The notes beneath the pieces were generated by a model that had not been told where the DNA came from, did not search any database, and worked only from the letters and a program-made list of their open reading frames with translations. A stretch of DNA of 64,000 bases, from assembly GCA_965116905.1 (NCBI GenBank), contig OZ220732.1, forward strand, positions 640,001 to 704,000, in the 5' to 3' direction. Below are positions 46,947 through 56,523 of the stretch, piece by piece (the first letter of the stretch is position 1; every line of letters starts with the position of its first letter). The position numbers were made by a program, and so were the translations under genes. Source of the stretch: Longimicrobiales bacterium. GTDB taxonomy: Bacteria > Gemmatimonadota > Gemmatimonadetes > Longimicrobiales > Gaopeijiaceae.

Positions 46947-48242
46947 TCAGGGCTCAGGCGCCCGCGACCCTCGCGGCAGGGTTGCGGGGTCGGGGCCCGG
47001 GTCCCGCGCCGCGCGGGGCAGCGTGTCGGGCGTTAAATCGGACGCCGCCGCCGCGCGCGGAAGAGCGGCCCGGGCCTCGAGCTTCCTGATCGCGCGGGAG
47101 ACCGCGTCATGCCGGGGGTCGCCCGCGCCGATGCCCCTCAGGGTCCGGCGAAGCTCCGGGAGCGCCTCCACCGCGTTGATCTCGGCGAGCGCGTTGGCCG
47201 CGTGCACACCGACGGGAGCGATCAGGGCGGCCGACAGCGCGGCGACGATCTCCGCCCGGTACTCGTCGCCCCTTGCCTTGAGACTGCCGAAATCACCGGC
47301 AAACACCTTGCGCAGGGTGTCGACCAGTTCGTTCTCGCCCAACTGCCGCAACGCATCGGTCGCGCGCTCGCGAACGGGGCGGCCATCGGCCCACCCGGGG
47401 CTGCCGAGCAACGGAATAAGGGGGCCGACCGAGCCCCGATGCCCGATTTCGGCGAGCGCTTCGATGGCCCGGACCGTGAGCTTCTCGTCCTCGTCCCGGA
47501 GCACGGTCGCAAGCGCCGGAATCGCCGCCGGGTCCCCCAGCCGTCCGAGGGCGGCGGCCGCGTCGCGTCGCATTCCGTAGCTCTCCCAGAGGATGTGCTT
47601 GTCCTCGATCCGGCCTCCCGGCGCGCGCAGGCGCCGGATGTGGATGCGCGCGTCGTCCTCGTACGCCTTCCCCTCGTGACACACCTCCCGCAACACCTCG
47701 GCGAAGAGGTCGAACAGGATCTTCAGCTTCGCCAGGTCCTTGATGACGCCGGCTGCCTGGAAGTGGAGTTCGTCCACCCCTTCGGGGAACTTGCTAAACC
47801 AGCCTTCGTGCGCCTTGACGGACAGGTTGATCCTGGGCTGAGCGTCGATGAGCTTGCGGATCCTCGGGTTGTCGAAGAGGCGCCGCACGCGGCCCGGCGC
47901 GTTGCTCTTGATCACGAAGTCCCGGTCGAAGCGAGCGTGGCCGACCGCGATGTCCTGCATGCCCATCGCCTTTCCCAGTCCACTGAAGATGCTCGCCCGG
48001 TAGATCTCGAACCTGAAGCGCTCGGGATTGAAGTAGGGCGCGCGGAGCCTCGTGAAGGTCTGGTTCGTCTTGCCGTCACCCGTGGTGACCGTGTCCAGCG
48101 TGATGATCCAGTCGCCCGCGCGGGCCTGGACGGCGGTCGTGGCGAGGAGTCCTCCTTCGTGGAACTGCCCCCGCACCTCGCTCGACAGCTGTCGCCAGAT
48201 CACCTTCTGGCTCGGTCCGAAAAGGGATTTCAGGAAGCTCAT
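46947..48242 (-). CDS. DUF3137-like N-terminal domain fused to HEAT repeats
   Basis: GMQDIAVGHARFDRDFVIKSN; HEAT-like RDAAAALGRLGDPAAIPAL, AIEALAEIG, AANALAEI. Confidence 0.7.
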   Translation of the reverse strand: MSFLKSLFGPSQKVIWRQLSSEVRGQFHEGGLLATTAVQARAGDWIITLDTVTTGDGKTNQTFTRLRAPYFNPERFRFEIYRASIFSGLGKAMGMQDIAVGHARFDRDFVIKSNAPGRVRRLFDNPRIRKLIDAQPRINLSVKAHEGWFSKFPEGVDELHFQAAGVIKDLAKLKILFDLFAEVLREVCHEGKAYEDDARIHIRRLRAPGGRIEDKHILWESYGMRRDAAAALGRLGDPAAIPALATVLRDEDEKLTVRAIEALAEIGHRGSVGPLIPLLGSPGWADGRPVRERATDALRQLGENELVDTLRKVFAGDFGSLKARGDEYRAEIVAALSAALIAPVGVHAANALAEINAVEALPELRRTLRGIGAGDPRHDAVSRAIRKLEARAALPRAAAASDLTPDTLPRAARDPGPDPATLPRGSRAPEP

Positions 48243-48261
48243 TCAGCAGATTCTCCGGCGT

Positions 48262-49854
48262 TCATCGCAGTCGCACCACGGGGTGCTTCACCTTCAGGTC
48301 GGTCTTGCGCTGCAGGTCGTGCACGGTCACGCACAGCCAGCGGTTCTCGTCCACTGAATACGTAACACGCAGCCTCGGTCCTTCTCCCCTGCCGGCCGGA
48401 TTGAGCGGCAGCGCCGGGTCCGCCTCGTTAAGGCACAGGCAGAAAGCCCGCTCGCCCGCGGTCTTCGGGACGAAGTAGCGGGAGCCGTTGGCCCGCTCGG
48501 TCCAGTCGAACGGACGGCCCGCGACGCGCCCGACCTCGCAGATGAAGAGGTTGATGTGCTGCTGGCCGTCGAACCCCGGCGCGTAGTAGCGCGTCACGAA
48601 GTTGTCGGCCGTCGGGAAGGTCGTTCCGCCGGGGATGAGCAGCTCGTACTCGGCCTCGCCGCCGTCGTCGGGCAGGAGGCGAAGCGCGTAGTCGTGGTAG
48701 ATGAAGTCCTCCACGTGCGCGCCCCCCGCAAAGATGCACGCGCCTCGGGCGACGGCCTCGAAGGGGAGCCATTCGCGCACCTTGTCGCGGCCCAGCACGT
48801 CGCCCACGACGTTGCGCACTTCGGGGAGCAGGGTGGACCCGCCCTCGAGGATCACGTCGTCGATGTCGTCGGGCATGACGCCGTGGCGGGTTCGCAACTC
48901 GGTGAGCAGGGCGCCCAGGAGCTCGCGGATGCGCGCGTACAGGCCGTTCTCGGCAAGGATGTCGCGCAGCACGCCGTGGTCGAGCCTGCCGAACGACTCG
49001 CTGCGGAAGGTGAAGTCGCCCTCGCTGCCCGCGCTGGCGAGCAGTTTCACGCGCTCGGCCTCCCACCTGAGCGCGACCTCCCATTCGGGCCAGTCGTGCA
49101 GCGCGGCCGGCACGAGCCGGGCCAGGATCCAGCCGTCGATGTCGTCACCGCCCAGTTCCACCGCCTGTTTTGCCAGCACTTCCGCGCGGCCTGTCTCCAC
49201 CGTCCGGGCACCGGCGGTCCTCACGACGGCCGCTTCCATCGATCCGCCGCCGAAGTCGAAGGCCACGAGCGTGGTGGGACGTCCGACATCGACCCCGTAG
49301 CCGAGCGCGGCCGCGACGGGCTCGTCGAGCGTTCGAAAGGTGATCCCGGCCGGCTTCCCCCGAAGACGCGCCCAGATGCGATTCCACCAGCTGCGGTGCC
49401 TGACGCCGCGGATGATCGCCTGCAGCTCGGCCCGGTACGTCTCGTAGAAGCCGCTGGGCGTGGCAATGGTCACGTCGGCCACCTCTTCACCGAACTGCGT
49501 CTCCAGCGTGCCGACGACCTCGCGAAGGAAGAGCGACGCGACATCCTGGGCGGTGAAGGTCCGGCCGCCCACGCGCGCCACGGCGCGGCCGCTCTCCGTG
49601 TCGAGGTGGCGCTTGAAGCCGCGTGCGAATCCGGTCGCGCGGCCGTCCCAGTTGTAGGTGACCGCCTGCTGGCCGATCAGCACTTCCGAGCCCTCCCGGT
49701 CCATGACGCACACGCATGTCGGAATGACCGGGGTCTGCGTCAGGGGCTCGATCTTCGCGAGTTCGGGCAGGTTCACGACGTGCGGCCGCCCGGAGCGGTC
49801 CTCGCAAATGGTCGTGTTGGAAGTGCCGAGGTCGATTGCCCAGTGGGTTGGCAT
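48262..49854 (-). CDS. Atypical Hsp70-family protein
   Basis: AIDLGTSNT, LDEPVAAALGYG, FDFGGGS, LGGDDID, LEGGSTLLP, AVARGA; short non-DnaK C-terminus. Confidence 0.88.
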   Translation of the reverse strand: MPTHWAIDLGTSNTTICEDRSGRPHVVNLPELAKIEPLTQTPVIPTCVCVMDREGSEVLIGQQAVTYNWDGRATGFARGFKRHLDTESGRAVARVGGRTFTAQDVASLFLREVVGTLETQFGEEVADVTIATPSGFYETYRAELQAIIRGVRHRSWWNRIWARLRGKPAGITFRTLDEPVAAALGYGVDVGRPTTLVAFDFGGGSMEAAVVRTAGARTVETGRAEVLAKQAVELGGDDIDGWILARLVPAALHDWPEWEVALRWEAERVKLLASAGSEGDFTFRSESFGRLDHGVLRDILAENGLYARIRELLGALLTELRTRHGVMPDDIDDVILEGGSTLLPEVRNVVGDVLGRDKVREWLPFEAVARGACIFAGGAHVEDFIYHDYALRLLPDDGGEAEYELLIPGGTTFPTADNFVTRYYAPGFDGQQHINLFICEVGRVAGRPFDWTERANGSRYFVPKTAGERAFCLCLNEADPALPLNPAGRGEGPRLRVTYSVDENRWLCVTVHDLQRKTDLKVKHPVVRLR

Positions 49855-49890
49855 GCGGGAAGCTACCGCGTCATCATGTATGGTGTCACC

Positions 49891-50595
49891 ATGAGCGCGC
49901 CCAACTCCGATCGAAGAGCCGGCATTCCCGCCGGACTGCTCGCAGCGCTTGTCGTCGTCCTCCTGGCGCTTGCCGGCATCGTCGCCCGCTACCGGATCCA
50001 TGGGGATCTCAACGCGGTCCACGGTCTGTTCAGCGTGTTCTTCTCGCTCAATCTGCTGATCTGCTACTGGGAGGCGTGTCTCTTCCTTCGGCGGGACTAC
50101 ATCGAGAAGCGCGTCCTGCACTGGCACAGACGGCAGCGGGACACCGGCCGGTCACCGGCCCGCGAGTTTCTCTTCACCAGGGTGCCGCCGGGACGGATCC
50201 TGTCCCCCACCGTCTGGGCCGACGTCTGGGCCACGTACGCGATGATCGATCCGGCCTATGCGGACCGCCGGTCCTTCGGCTTCACCGCCGATATCGGCAA
50301 CGGCTTCGTCACACCCGTCCCGACGCTGATCCTGTACGCCGCCTTTACCCTCGGATTCGTGCCCGCCATCCTTGCCGGCATCGTTGGCGTCATGCTCTTC
50401 TGGCAATGGGTCTATGTGACGTCGCTGTACTGGGTCAGCTTCATCGTGGCCCACCGGCAGGCCCATATCACCAGGGGCGAACTCTTCACCTACATTGCCG
50501 TCCCGAACGCGGTCTGGGTGTTGATTCCGGCGTTCGGACTGTACGTGTCCATTCGCCTGATCGTGGAGGGGAACTACGGTGTCCTGGGGTTTTAG
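49891..50595 (+). CDS. Membrane protein, EXPERA/EBP (sterol isomerase)-like
   Basis: About five TM segments; ICYWE, WATYAMIDPAY, PNAVWVLIP resemble EXPERA motifs. Confidence 0.55.
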   Translation: MSAPNSDRRAGIPAGLLAALVVVLLALAGIVARYRIHGDLNAVHGLFSVFFSLNLLICYWEACLFLRRDYIEKRVLHWHRRQRDTGRSPAREFLFTRVPPGRILSPTVWADVWATYAMIDPAYADRRSFGFTADIGNGFVTPVPTLILYAAFTLGFVPAILAGIVGVMLFWQWVYVTSLYWVSFIVAHRQAHITRGELFTYIAVPNAVWVLIPAFGLYVSIRLIVEGNYGVLGF

Positions 50596-50610
50596 GAAAC
50601 GAAGGCTTCC

Positions 50611-51255
50611 ATGACCGGCAGGACTCCCTCGCGGCACGGATGGATCGAGGTCGTCTCCGGGGTCATGTTCAGCGGCAAGTCCGAGGAGCTGATCCGGCGC
50701 GTCCGGCGGGCTCTTATCGCCGGCCGGCGGGTCCAGCTTTTCAAGTCCCACCTCGACGACCGCTACGGTGGCGAGTTCCGCATCTCTTCGCACGACGGCC
50801 GGCAGATCGACGCCGACCCCGTGTCCAACTCGGTGCAGATCGCGGAGAAGGTCGACACGGCGACGCAGGTCGTTGCCATCGACGAGGCCCAGTTCCTGGA
50901 CGACGGCATCTGCGAGGTGGCCGATGCGCTGGCGGACGCCGGAATGCGCATCATCGTGGCCGGCACCGACATGGACTTTCGCGGCGAGCCGTTCGGTCCC
51001 ATGGGCCTGCTGCTTGCACGCGCCGAGCGGATCGACAAGCTGACCGCGATCTGCGTCGTGTGCGGCGAGCCGGCGACGAAGAACCAGCGCCTCATCGACG
51101 GGGAGCCGGCGCCCGCGGAGGGACCGACCATTCAGGTGGGAGGCGCCGAGTCCTACGAGGCACGCTGCCGCAGCTGCCATGTGGTGCCGAAGCGGGACCG
51201 GGCACAGGCCGAGTTGTTGTTCAGCCGGGCGAAGGAAGAACGAGAGAGGGCGTAA
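50611..51255 (+). CDS. tdk: Thymidine kinase
   Basis: GVMFSGKSEELIRR, IDEAQF, DFRGEPF, CVVC...YEARCRSC. Confidence 0.97.
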   Translation: MTGRTPSRHGWIEVVSGVMFSGKSEELIRRVRRALIAGRRVQLFKSHLDDRYGGEFRISSHDGRQIDADPVSNSVQIAEKVDTATQVVAIDEAQFLDDGICEVADALADAGMRIIVAGTDMDFRGEPFGPMGLLLARAERIDKLTAICVVCGEPATKNQRLIDGEPAPAEGPTIQVGGAESYEARCRSCHVVPKRDRAQAELLFSRAKEERERA

Positions 51256-51299
51256 GGTCAGCCCCCGGTGAGCCCCGGTCAGGCCTGTTCAGCTCCCGG

Positions 51300-52979
51300 T
51301 CAGCCTCCCGGCAGCCTCACAATCGGGTACACGCCTCCGGCGGCAAGCCTCTCCGCCAGGAAGCCCCAGTTCGCGAAGCCGTCGTCGGACTGGGGCTCGA
51401 GCAGGCTGAAGAGCAGGCGACCCAGCGGCTGGTCGGCGCGGGCCCACATGTCTCCGGGGGCCGGGGTGACCTGGGTCGGTTCGTAGCGGCCGAAGAGGGT
51501 TTGCTCGTTGCGGCCCTGGAACGGGCGCTCGGCGGTCCGGACCGAATCGATGCGGAAGACCTCGACGTCGACGGGCATCGCCCGGGCACCTTCGGCCCCG
51601 GCGCCCCCGGCGGCCCCGTCGGCCCCGTCAGCGCCGTCCGCGCCCGCCACCGGCTCCAGCGCCACGCCGTGGGCCGCGAGGCGGATCAGGATGTCTTGCA
51701 GTTCGGCGGGGATGAGGTAGGCCTCGGGCACGCGCCCGGTGAGCGTCGGCGCGAACGTCCCGTACTCGTACATGGGCTCGACGTACTGCGTGTCAGCGCG
51801 CAGAAGCAGGGGGCGTCCGGTGAGCGGGTGGACCTCCTCGATGACCGCGCCCATGAGGATGTCGACCTGGGCGAGCGAGCGCTCGGGCGCGGCGCGCAGT
51901 GCAAGCGACTCGCCGACGACCGAGGCGGCGTCGGCGTCCGCGACGATCTGGCGGACCTCTTCAGCGTGCGCGTGCACGTAGTCCAGAATCTCCTCGACGA
52001 AGTACAGGGTCGCGAGGACGCGTTCCTCGAAGGTCGCGTACGAGTAGGCCTCGCTGAGGATCGCGATGCGGTTGCGCAGGCCGATGTAGTTGTTGTTGAA
52101 GCGGGGGCGATGGTCGAAGGTGTACCAGCCGCGCTCGCCGCCGCCGGGCGCAAAGGCGTTGCCGTAGTAATAGAAATGCCAGCCGTACTTTTGCAGGATG
52201 GATTCGGTCACCTGCGGGAGAAGTCCGCCGCGCAGGAAATGGTCGATTCCCGCAGGCGTGTTTGGGTGGAGCGGTGGGGAGTACGTGAGGTGATAGGCGT
52301 GCCGCGTCCCGTTCGTCGTATGTAGATCCACGGATACATGCGGATTGTATTCGTTCATGAGACGCGCCACGGAACGGGCTTCGGGCGACTCGAGCTTCAT
52401 GTGATCGCGGTTCAGATCGTATCCCTGGGCGTTCGGCCGCTGGCCCATGCCGCCGATGGGTCCGTGCTGACGGCCCCGGTTGGTGAGGGTCACGCGCTCG
52501 TTGCCGTCCGCGTTGTAAATGGGCGCGACCAGCAGGACCATTGACTCTTGCCAATCGCCGTGACGGCCGGCCAGCAGGTCGCGGAGCAGCATCTGGAGCG
52601 CTTCCTTCCCGCAGACCTCGCCCGCGTGAATGTTGCCCTGCAGGTAGACGACGGTCTTGCCGGAAGCGCGGACGGCGGCGGCGCTCGGGTCGGCGACATC
52701 GCCCACCACGGCCAGCGGAAGCGCGCGTCCCTCATTGGTGAAGCCGTAGGTGGTGTAGTGGACCGACGGCGAGGCTGCTGCTGCGCGCTGGAGGAAGTCG
52801 ACCACGTCGGCGTAGGAACTGGTCTCGCGGTAGTCGGTTCGCTCGGCACGGGTGAGGAAGGTGTCAATGGCGGGAGGGGACGGGCTGCAGGCGCTGACGG
52901 CGGCGGTGGCCATGGCCATGCCCGCCAGGTATGCCGCCAGCCGGCGGTTGGCTGGACGCCGGGTTGCCGAAGTTGTCAT
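51300..52979 (-). CDS. M14 zinc carboxypeptidase lipoprotein (start 52979 or 53000)
   Basis: GNIHAGE, YNADG, DLNRD, DLHTTNG; lipobox VSAC. Confidence 0.9.
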   Translation of the reverse strand: MTTSATRRPANRRLAAYLAGMAMATAAVSACSPSPPAIDTFLTRAERTDYRETSSYADVVDFLQRAAAASPSVHYTTYGFTNEGRALPLAVVGDVADPSAAAVRASGKTVVYLQGNIHAGEVCGKEALQMLLRDLLAGRHGDWQESMVLLVAPIYNADGNERVTLTNRGRQHGPIGGMGQRPNAQGYDLNRDHMKLESPEARSVARLMNEYNPHVSVDLHTTNGTRHAYHLTYSPPLHPNTPAGIDHFLRGGLLPQVTESILQKYGWHFYYYGNAFAPGGGERGWYTFDHRPRFNNNYIGLRNRIAILSEAYSYATFEERVLATLYFVEEILDYVHAHAEEVRQIVADADAASVVGESLALRAAPERSLAQVDILMGAVIEEVHPLTGRPLLLRADTQYVEPMYEYGTFAPTLTGRVPEAYLIPAELQDILIRLAAHGVALEPVAGADGADGADGAAGGAGAEGARAMPVDVEVFRIDSVRTAERPFQGRNEQTLFGRYEPTQVTPAPGDMWARADQPLGRLLFSLLEPQSDDGFANWGFLAERLAAGGVYPIVRLPGG

Positions 52980-53168
52980 GCGTGTGGCCCAGGTCGTCAT
53001 GCGCGTAGCGAACCTTTCGATGGTCGGATTGTGTCTGGGAATTGGGGATCCCAAGTTAGCGGTCGCGTTCGGTATTTGTCGCTTGTTGGACAGATTTCCA
53101 GGGGAATATGACCTGTAGAGCGCGTTTCAGCTGAAACGTTTCCAAGAAAAGGACGCGGGGGAGGTAAC

Positions 53169-54383
53169 GTGAGGCGTGTTGGAGGGAGGGCGATCGTCGG
53201 GGTTGCTGTCGCGGTGGGCGGGGCCGCCGGCGGGGCGTGTTCGGGCGATACTCCGACGCCGGGCGAAGTTCCGGTGCAGATCGCGGACAGTGCCGGCGTG
53301 CGGGTCGTCACGTACGAGGGCGTGCCGGACGCTGTCGCACCTTTCCGGCTGGCCGGGGAACCCCGCTACCGCCACGGCGGCGGCCCGGGCGACTACCTCT
53401 TCCAGTTCGCGAACGCCGGCCGGCTCTTCCCGGATGGAGGCGCGGTCGTTGCCGATCTCGATGGCGAAGTGGTCGTCCTGAGTGCGGACGGGGCGACGTA
53501 CGAGGTGCTCGCCACCCGTGGAGAGGGACCGGGCGAAATCACCTTCCCCTACGCGGTGTTGGTTCTCGGGCAGGACAGCGTCCTTTTGCCTGACAGTCGT
53601 CAGTCTCGCCTCACGCTCTTCGTCGGCGATTCCGTCGCGAGCATGGTGAGCCTGCCTCGGGCAGCCCACTTCGGCGTGGCGGGGATCGGTTCATCCGGTG
53701 AACTGCTGCTCTGGAACCGATTCCCCTCCAGCTTGTGGATCGACATAGAGGAAGAGTGGCTCGCAGGGCACATGACCCTGTTCGATACCGAGACCGGCGC
53801 GCTCGACACGGTCGCGTCGTACGACCACGTCCATCGAGAGGAATCGGGGCAGCCTGGGCCGATCATCAGGCCCGTTGGCGAGGCCACGGTCGCTGCGGGG
53901 CGGTTCGTCCAAACGAGGTCGGACAGGCCCGAGATCACCTGGCGGCGGACGGACGGCACCGTAGAGCAGATCATGCGGTGGCGGCCCGGGCCCAACCTGC
54001 TGACCGAGGAACTCCTGGAGCACGGCGAGGCCTATAACCGAATGCTGGGCAAGATGATGTACGGAATGTCCGAAGCCCGGCTCGAGGAGGTCATCCAGGA
54101 AGACATGGCCCGGTATCGCGACATGATCGGTCAACCGGTACCGCTCTTCGGTACCCCCTTCGCCGACGCCGACGGGAACGTGTGGCTACCCTCCTACCGG
54201 CCGGCTTACCCGGAAGAGGGGTCGCCGTACACGGTCATTTCCCCGGACGGGGAGTGGCTGGGACAGGTTGAGACGCCGCCCAGATTCCGAATCCTCGATG
54301 TGACCGGAGGGCTGGTGTTGGGGGTGCTCAGGGGTGAAATGGACGTGCAGAATGTGGTGGTTTATGAGGTGGTTGGGCGGTAG
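53169..54383 (+). CDS. Secreted 6-bladed beta-propeller lipoprotein
   Basis: DSAGVRVV, GEGPGEI, DADGNVW, ISPDGEWLGQVETP. Confidence 0.75.
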   Translation: MRRVGGRAIVGVAVAVGGAAGGACSGDTPTPGEVPVQIADSAGVRVVTYEGVPDAVAPFRLAGEPRYRHGGGPGDYLFQFANAGRLFPDGGAVVADLDGEVVVLSADGATYEVLATRGEGPGEITFPYAVLVLGQDSVLLPDSRQSRLTLFVGDSVASMVSLPRAAHFGVAGIGSSGELLLWNRFPSSLWIDIEEEWLAGHMTLFDTETGALDTVASYDHVHREESGQPGPIIRPVGEATVAAGRFVQTRSDRPEITWRRTDGTVEQIMRWRPGPNLLTEELLEHGEAYNRMLGKMMYGMSEARLEEVIQEDMARYRDMIGQPVPLFGTPFADADGNVWLPSYRPAYPEEGSPYTVISPDGEWLGQVETPPRFRILDVTGGLVLGVLRGEMDVQNVVVYEVVGR

Positions 54384-54410
54384 GCGGGCGAGGTCGCTTA
54401 CGTGTCCGCT

Positions 54411-54818
54411 TCAGAACAACGCTTCCAGCGCCTCTGCCGGCGTGACCGCAGGGATTGGCGAGCGTCTGAAGTCCCTCTTGTTCCTGGTGACGACGAATCC
54501 GGCACCACAAGCGTGAGCCGCCGCGACCTGCATTGCGTCCTCGAAATCGGCCATGCCCAGCTGGGCAGCATAGGCGATCGCGTCTGTACCGCACTCCGCC
54601 ACAGCCACAAAGCGGATTAGCTCGGCGATGAAGTCCCAGGCACCGGAACCGCCATGCGCAGGCGCGACGAGGTAGTGGAAGTTCGACAGCGTGTGCCACG
54701 CGACGGATGCGCGCTTCGGTCCCGTCTGCAGTCGGTCGAGCAATTCGGAAGCTGCGTTGGAAAACGGTTGTCGATCGAGCGCCACGTCGATGAGCACGTC
54801 CGTATCGATCAGGATCAC
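54411..54818 (-). CDS. PIN-domain toxin
   Basis: ILIDTDVLID, DFEDAMQVAAA, VTRNKRDF. Confidence 0.9.
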   Translation of the reverse strand: MILIDTDVLIDVALDRQPFSNAASELLDRLQTGPKRASVAWHTLSNFHYLVAPAHGGSGAWDFIAELIRFVAVAECGTDAIAYAAQLGMADFEDAMQVAAAHACGAGFVVTRNKRDFRRSPIPAVTPAEALEALF

Positions 54819-55036
54819 AGGTATTTCCGGGCCAACGCGTCGTAGAGGGGATCGTCAAGGTCGGCGGCCTGGAACCGGCCTCTCCAGCGTGAAGCGAAGG
54901 ACGGTTCGCCGACGGCAGCCTCGTCTCGCAACGCACGTTCGATCAGCGCGGACAGCGACACTCCGCGCGACCGCGCATACCGCTTTGCGGCGACGACGAC
55001 CTCGGGATCCACGGTGATCGTGAGCTTTTGTTTCAT
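54815..55036 (-). CDS. DUF6364-like RHH antitoxin
   Basis: MKQKLTITVD...AKRYARSRGVSLSALIE; AGGA RBS; overlaps the PIN start. Confidence 0.85.
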   Translation of the reverse strand: MKQKLTITVDPEVVVAAKRYARSRGVSLSALIERALRDEAAVGEPSFASRWRGRFQAADLDDPLYDALARKYL

Positions 55037-55048
55037 GTTGTTTCCTGT

Positions 55049-55101
55049 GAATACGACTACGTGGTCGAATATACTGTATACGTATTCTTGTTTCACGTCA
55101 A
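55049..55101 (-). promoter_or_regulatory. Sigma70 promoter plus inverted-repeat operator of the TA pair
   Basis: TTGACG-17 bp-TACAGT; GAATACG...CGTATTC dyad. Confidence 0.7.
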
Positions 55102-55176
55102 GACGGAACGTCGCGGCGCGCGTCCTGGTAAAACGCTCTGGAGGCGTGAATGTTCTTTCGAACCAAGGAGTCCGGA

Positions 55177-56511
55177 ATGACCCGATGCCTTCGACCGGTC
55201 GCCACTGCAATCGCCGGCGCAAGCTTGCTGACCGTTGTCGGCTCAACCCTCTTCCTCCTGTCCGCGATTCCCGCAACCGCCCAGGAAGTCGTCGACCTCC
55301 CCGCCGAGGACAGCCCGCTCGCGGCCGACTTCGAGGAGGTGCTCCGGGTTGGTTCGCTCGACGGACCCGAGTGGCAGCAGTTCGGGGCAATCTTTGAGGC
55401 GGCCTTCGACGGTGCGGGCAACCTCTACCTTCTCGACCTTCACGCGTACAGGGTTGTCGTCGTCGACCCGGTCGGCGACCTCGTGAGATTCATCGGGCGG
55501 GAGGGGCAGGGTCCGGGCGAGTTCAGCTTCCCCGACCTCCTGACGGCCATGCCGGACGGACGCGCGGTCGTGGGCGACATCGCAGGGCATCGTTCGTTCC
55601 AGGTGTTTGGCAGCGACGGCACGCTCGACCGCAACGTCCGGGTAGGGGAAGACCTGCTCAACGTCCGGGGGCGGATCTACCCCGACGGCGGCGGGCGAGA
55701 TGCAGTGGTCGTGTCGGGCGGGCTGACGATCATCGAGGGGATGCGGCCGGCGGGCGCGGAGGATCCGCCCGGCAAACGTCCCATCGTTCGTCTCGCGCTC
55801 GACGGCGGGACCGTGGTCAGGGAGACGATCACTTACGCATGGGCCCCTCCGTCCGCCGGGATTATCACGTTCCGGGTGAACGGGCACGAGATCACGACCG
55901 GCGACCAGACGGCGCCTCCGCGCACCTTCGATCCGGGGCTGTTCGTGGGTCCGCTTTCGGGCGGCGGCATCGCCTTCTCCGACTCCACGACCTACGCGAT
56001 CAAGCTCACCGGGCCGGAAGGCGCGGTCTCTCGGATCCTCCGTCGTCCGTTTTTCCCGCAACCGGTGACGGACCGGCTACTGGAGGCCGAAATCGAGCGC
56101 CAGCTGGATGAATACGTGGCCGTAGAGGCATCGATGAGCGCTCAGCCACAGCGGGTGGTGGATGGGAGCACGGGCGAAGCGGTCGATATGCTTCCGCGCG
56201 ACATGATGCTGGAGGGTTTGAAGCGAACGAGGCGCGCCTATCTCGAGGCCCTGCCGTCTGCGGACGAGATCCCGGTCGTCGTCGACATGCGCACGACCCG
56301 GGAGGGCGAGATCTGGGTGCGCCGGCGGGGCGACGACCTGCTCAGCGATGGCCCGATCGACGTGCTCACGGCCGACGGCCGCTACCTGGGGAGCTATCCG
56401 AGCGACACGGCCATGCCCAACGCATTCGGTCCGGGGGGACTGCTGGCGTTCGTCGAGAGGGACGAGTTCGGGCTGAACAGGGTGGTGGTGAAGCGGGTAG
56501 TGGGGAGGTAG
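55177..56511 (+). CDS. Secreted 6-bladed beta-propeller protein
   Basis: Signal peptide, [34 protein letters not shown]. Confidence 0.78.
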   Translation: MTRCLRPVATAIAGASLLTVVGSTLFLLSAIPATAQEVVDLPAEDSPLAADFEEVLRVGSLDGPEWQQFGAIFEAAFDGAGNLYLLDLHAYRVVVVDPVGDLVRFIGREGQGPGEFSFPDLLTAMPDGRAVVGDIAGHRSFQVFGSDGTLDRNVRVGEDLLNVRGRIYPDGGGRDAVVVSGGLTIIEGMRPAGAEDPPGKRPIVRLALDGGTVVRETITYAWAPPSAGIITFRVNGHEITTGDQTAPPRTFDPGLFVGPLSGGGIAFSDSTTYAIKLTGPEGAVSRILRRPFFPQPVTDRLLEAEIERQLDEYVAVEASMSAQPQRVVDGSTGEAVDMLPRDMMLEGLKRTRRAYLEALPSADEIPVVVDMRTTREGEIWVRRRGDDLLSDGPIDVLTADGRYLGSYPSDTAMPNAFGPGGLLAFVERDEFGLNRVVVKRVVGR

Positions 56512-56523
56512 GTTGGAACGACC

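Noticed and set aside
48262..49854. Canonical dnaK
   Set aside because: No standard substrate-binding domain or lid, and no dnaJ or grpE.
49836..52325. 829-aa ORF and similar long Arg/Pro/Gly-rich ORFs (e.g. 28109..30208, 40861..42876, 32287..34044)
   Set aside because: Alternate-frame or antisense artefacts of high GC, overlapping well-supported genes, with no motifs.
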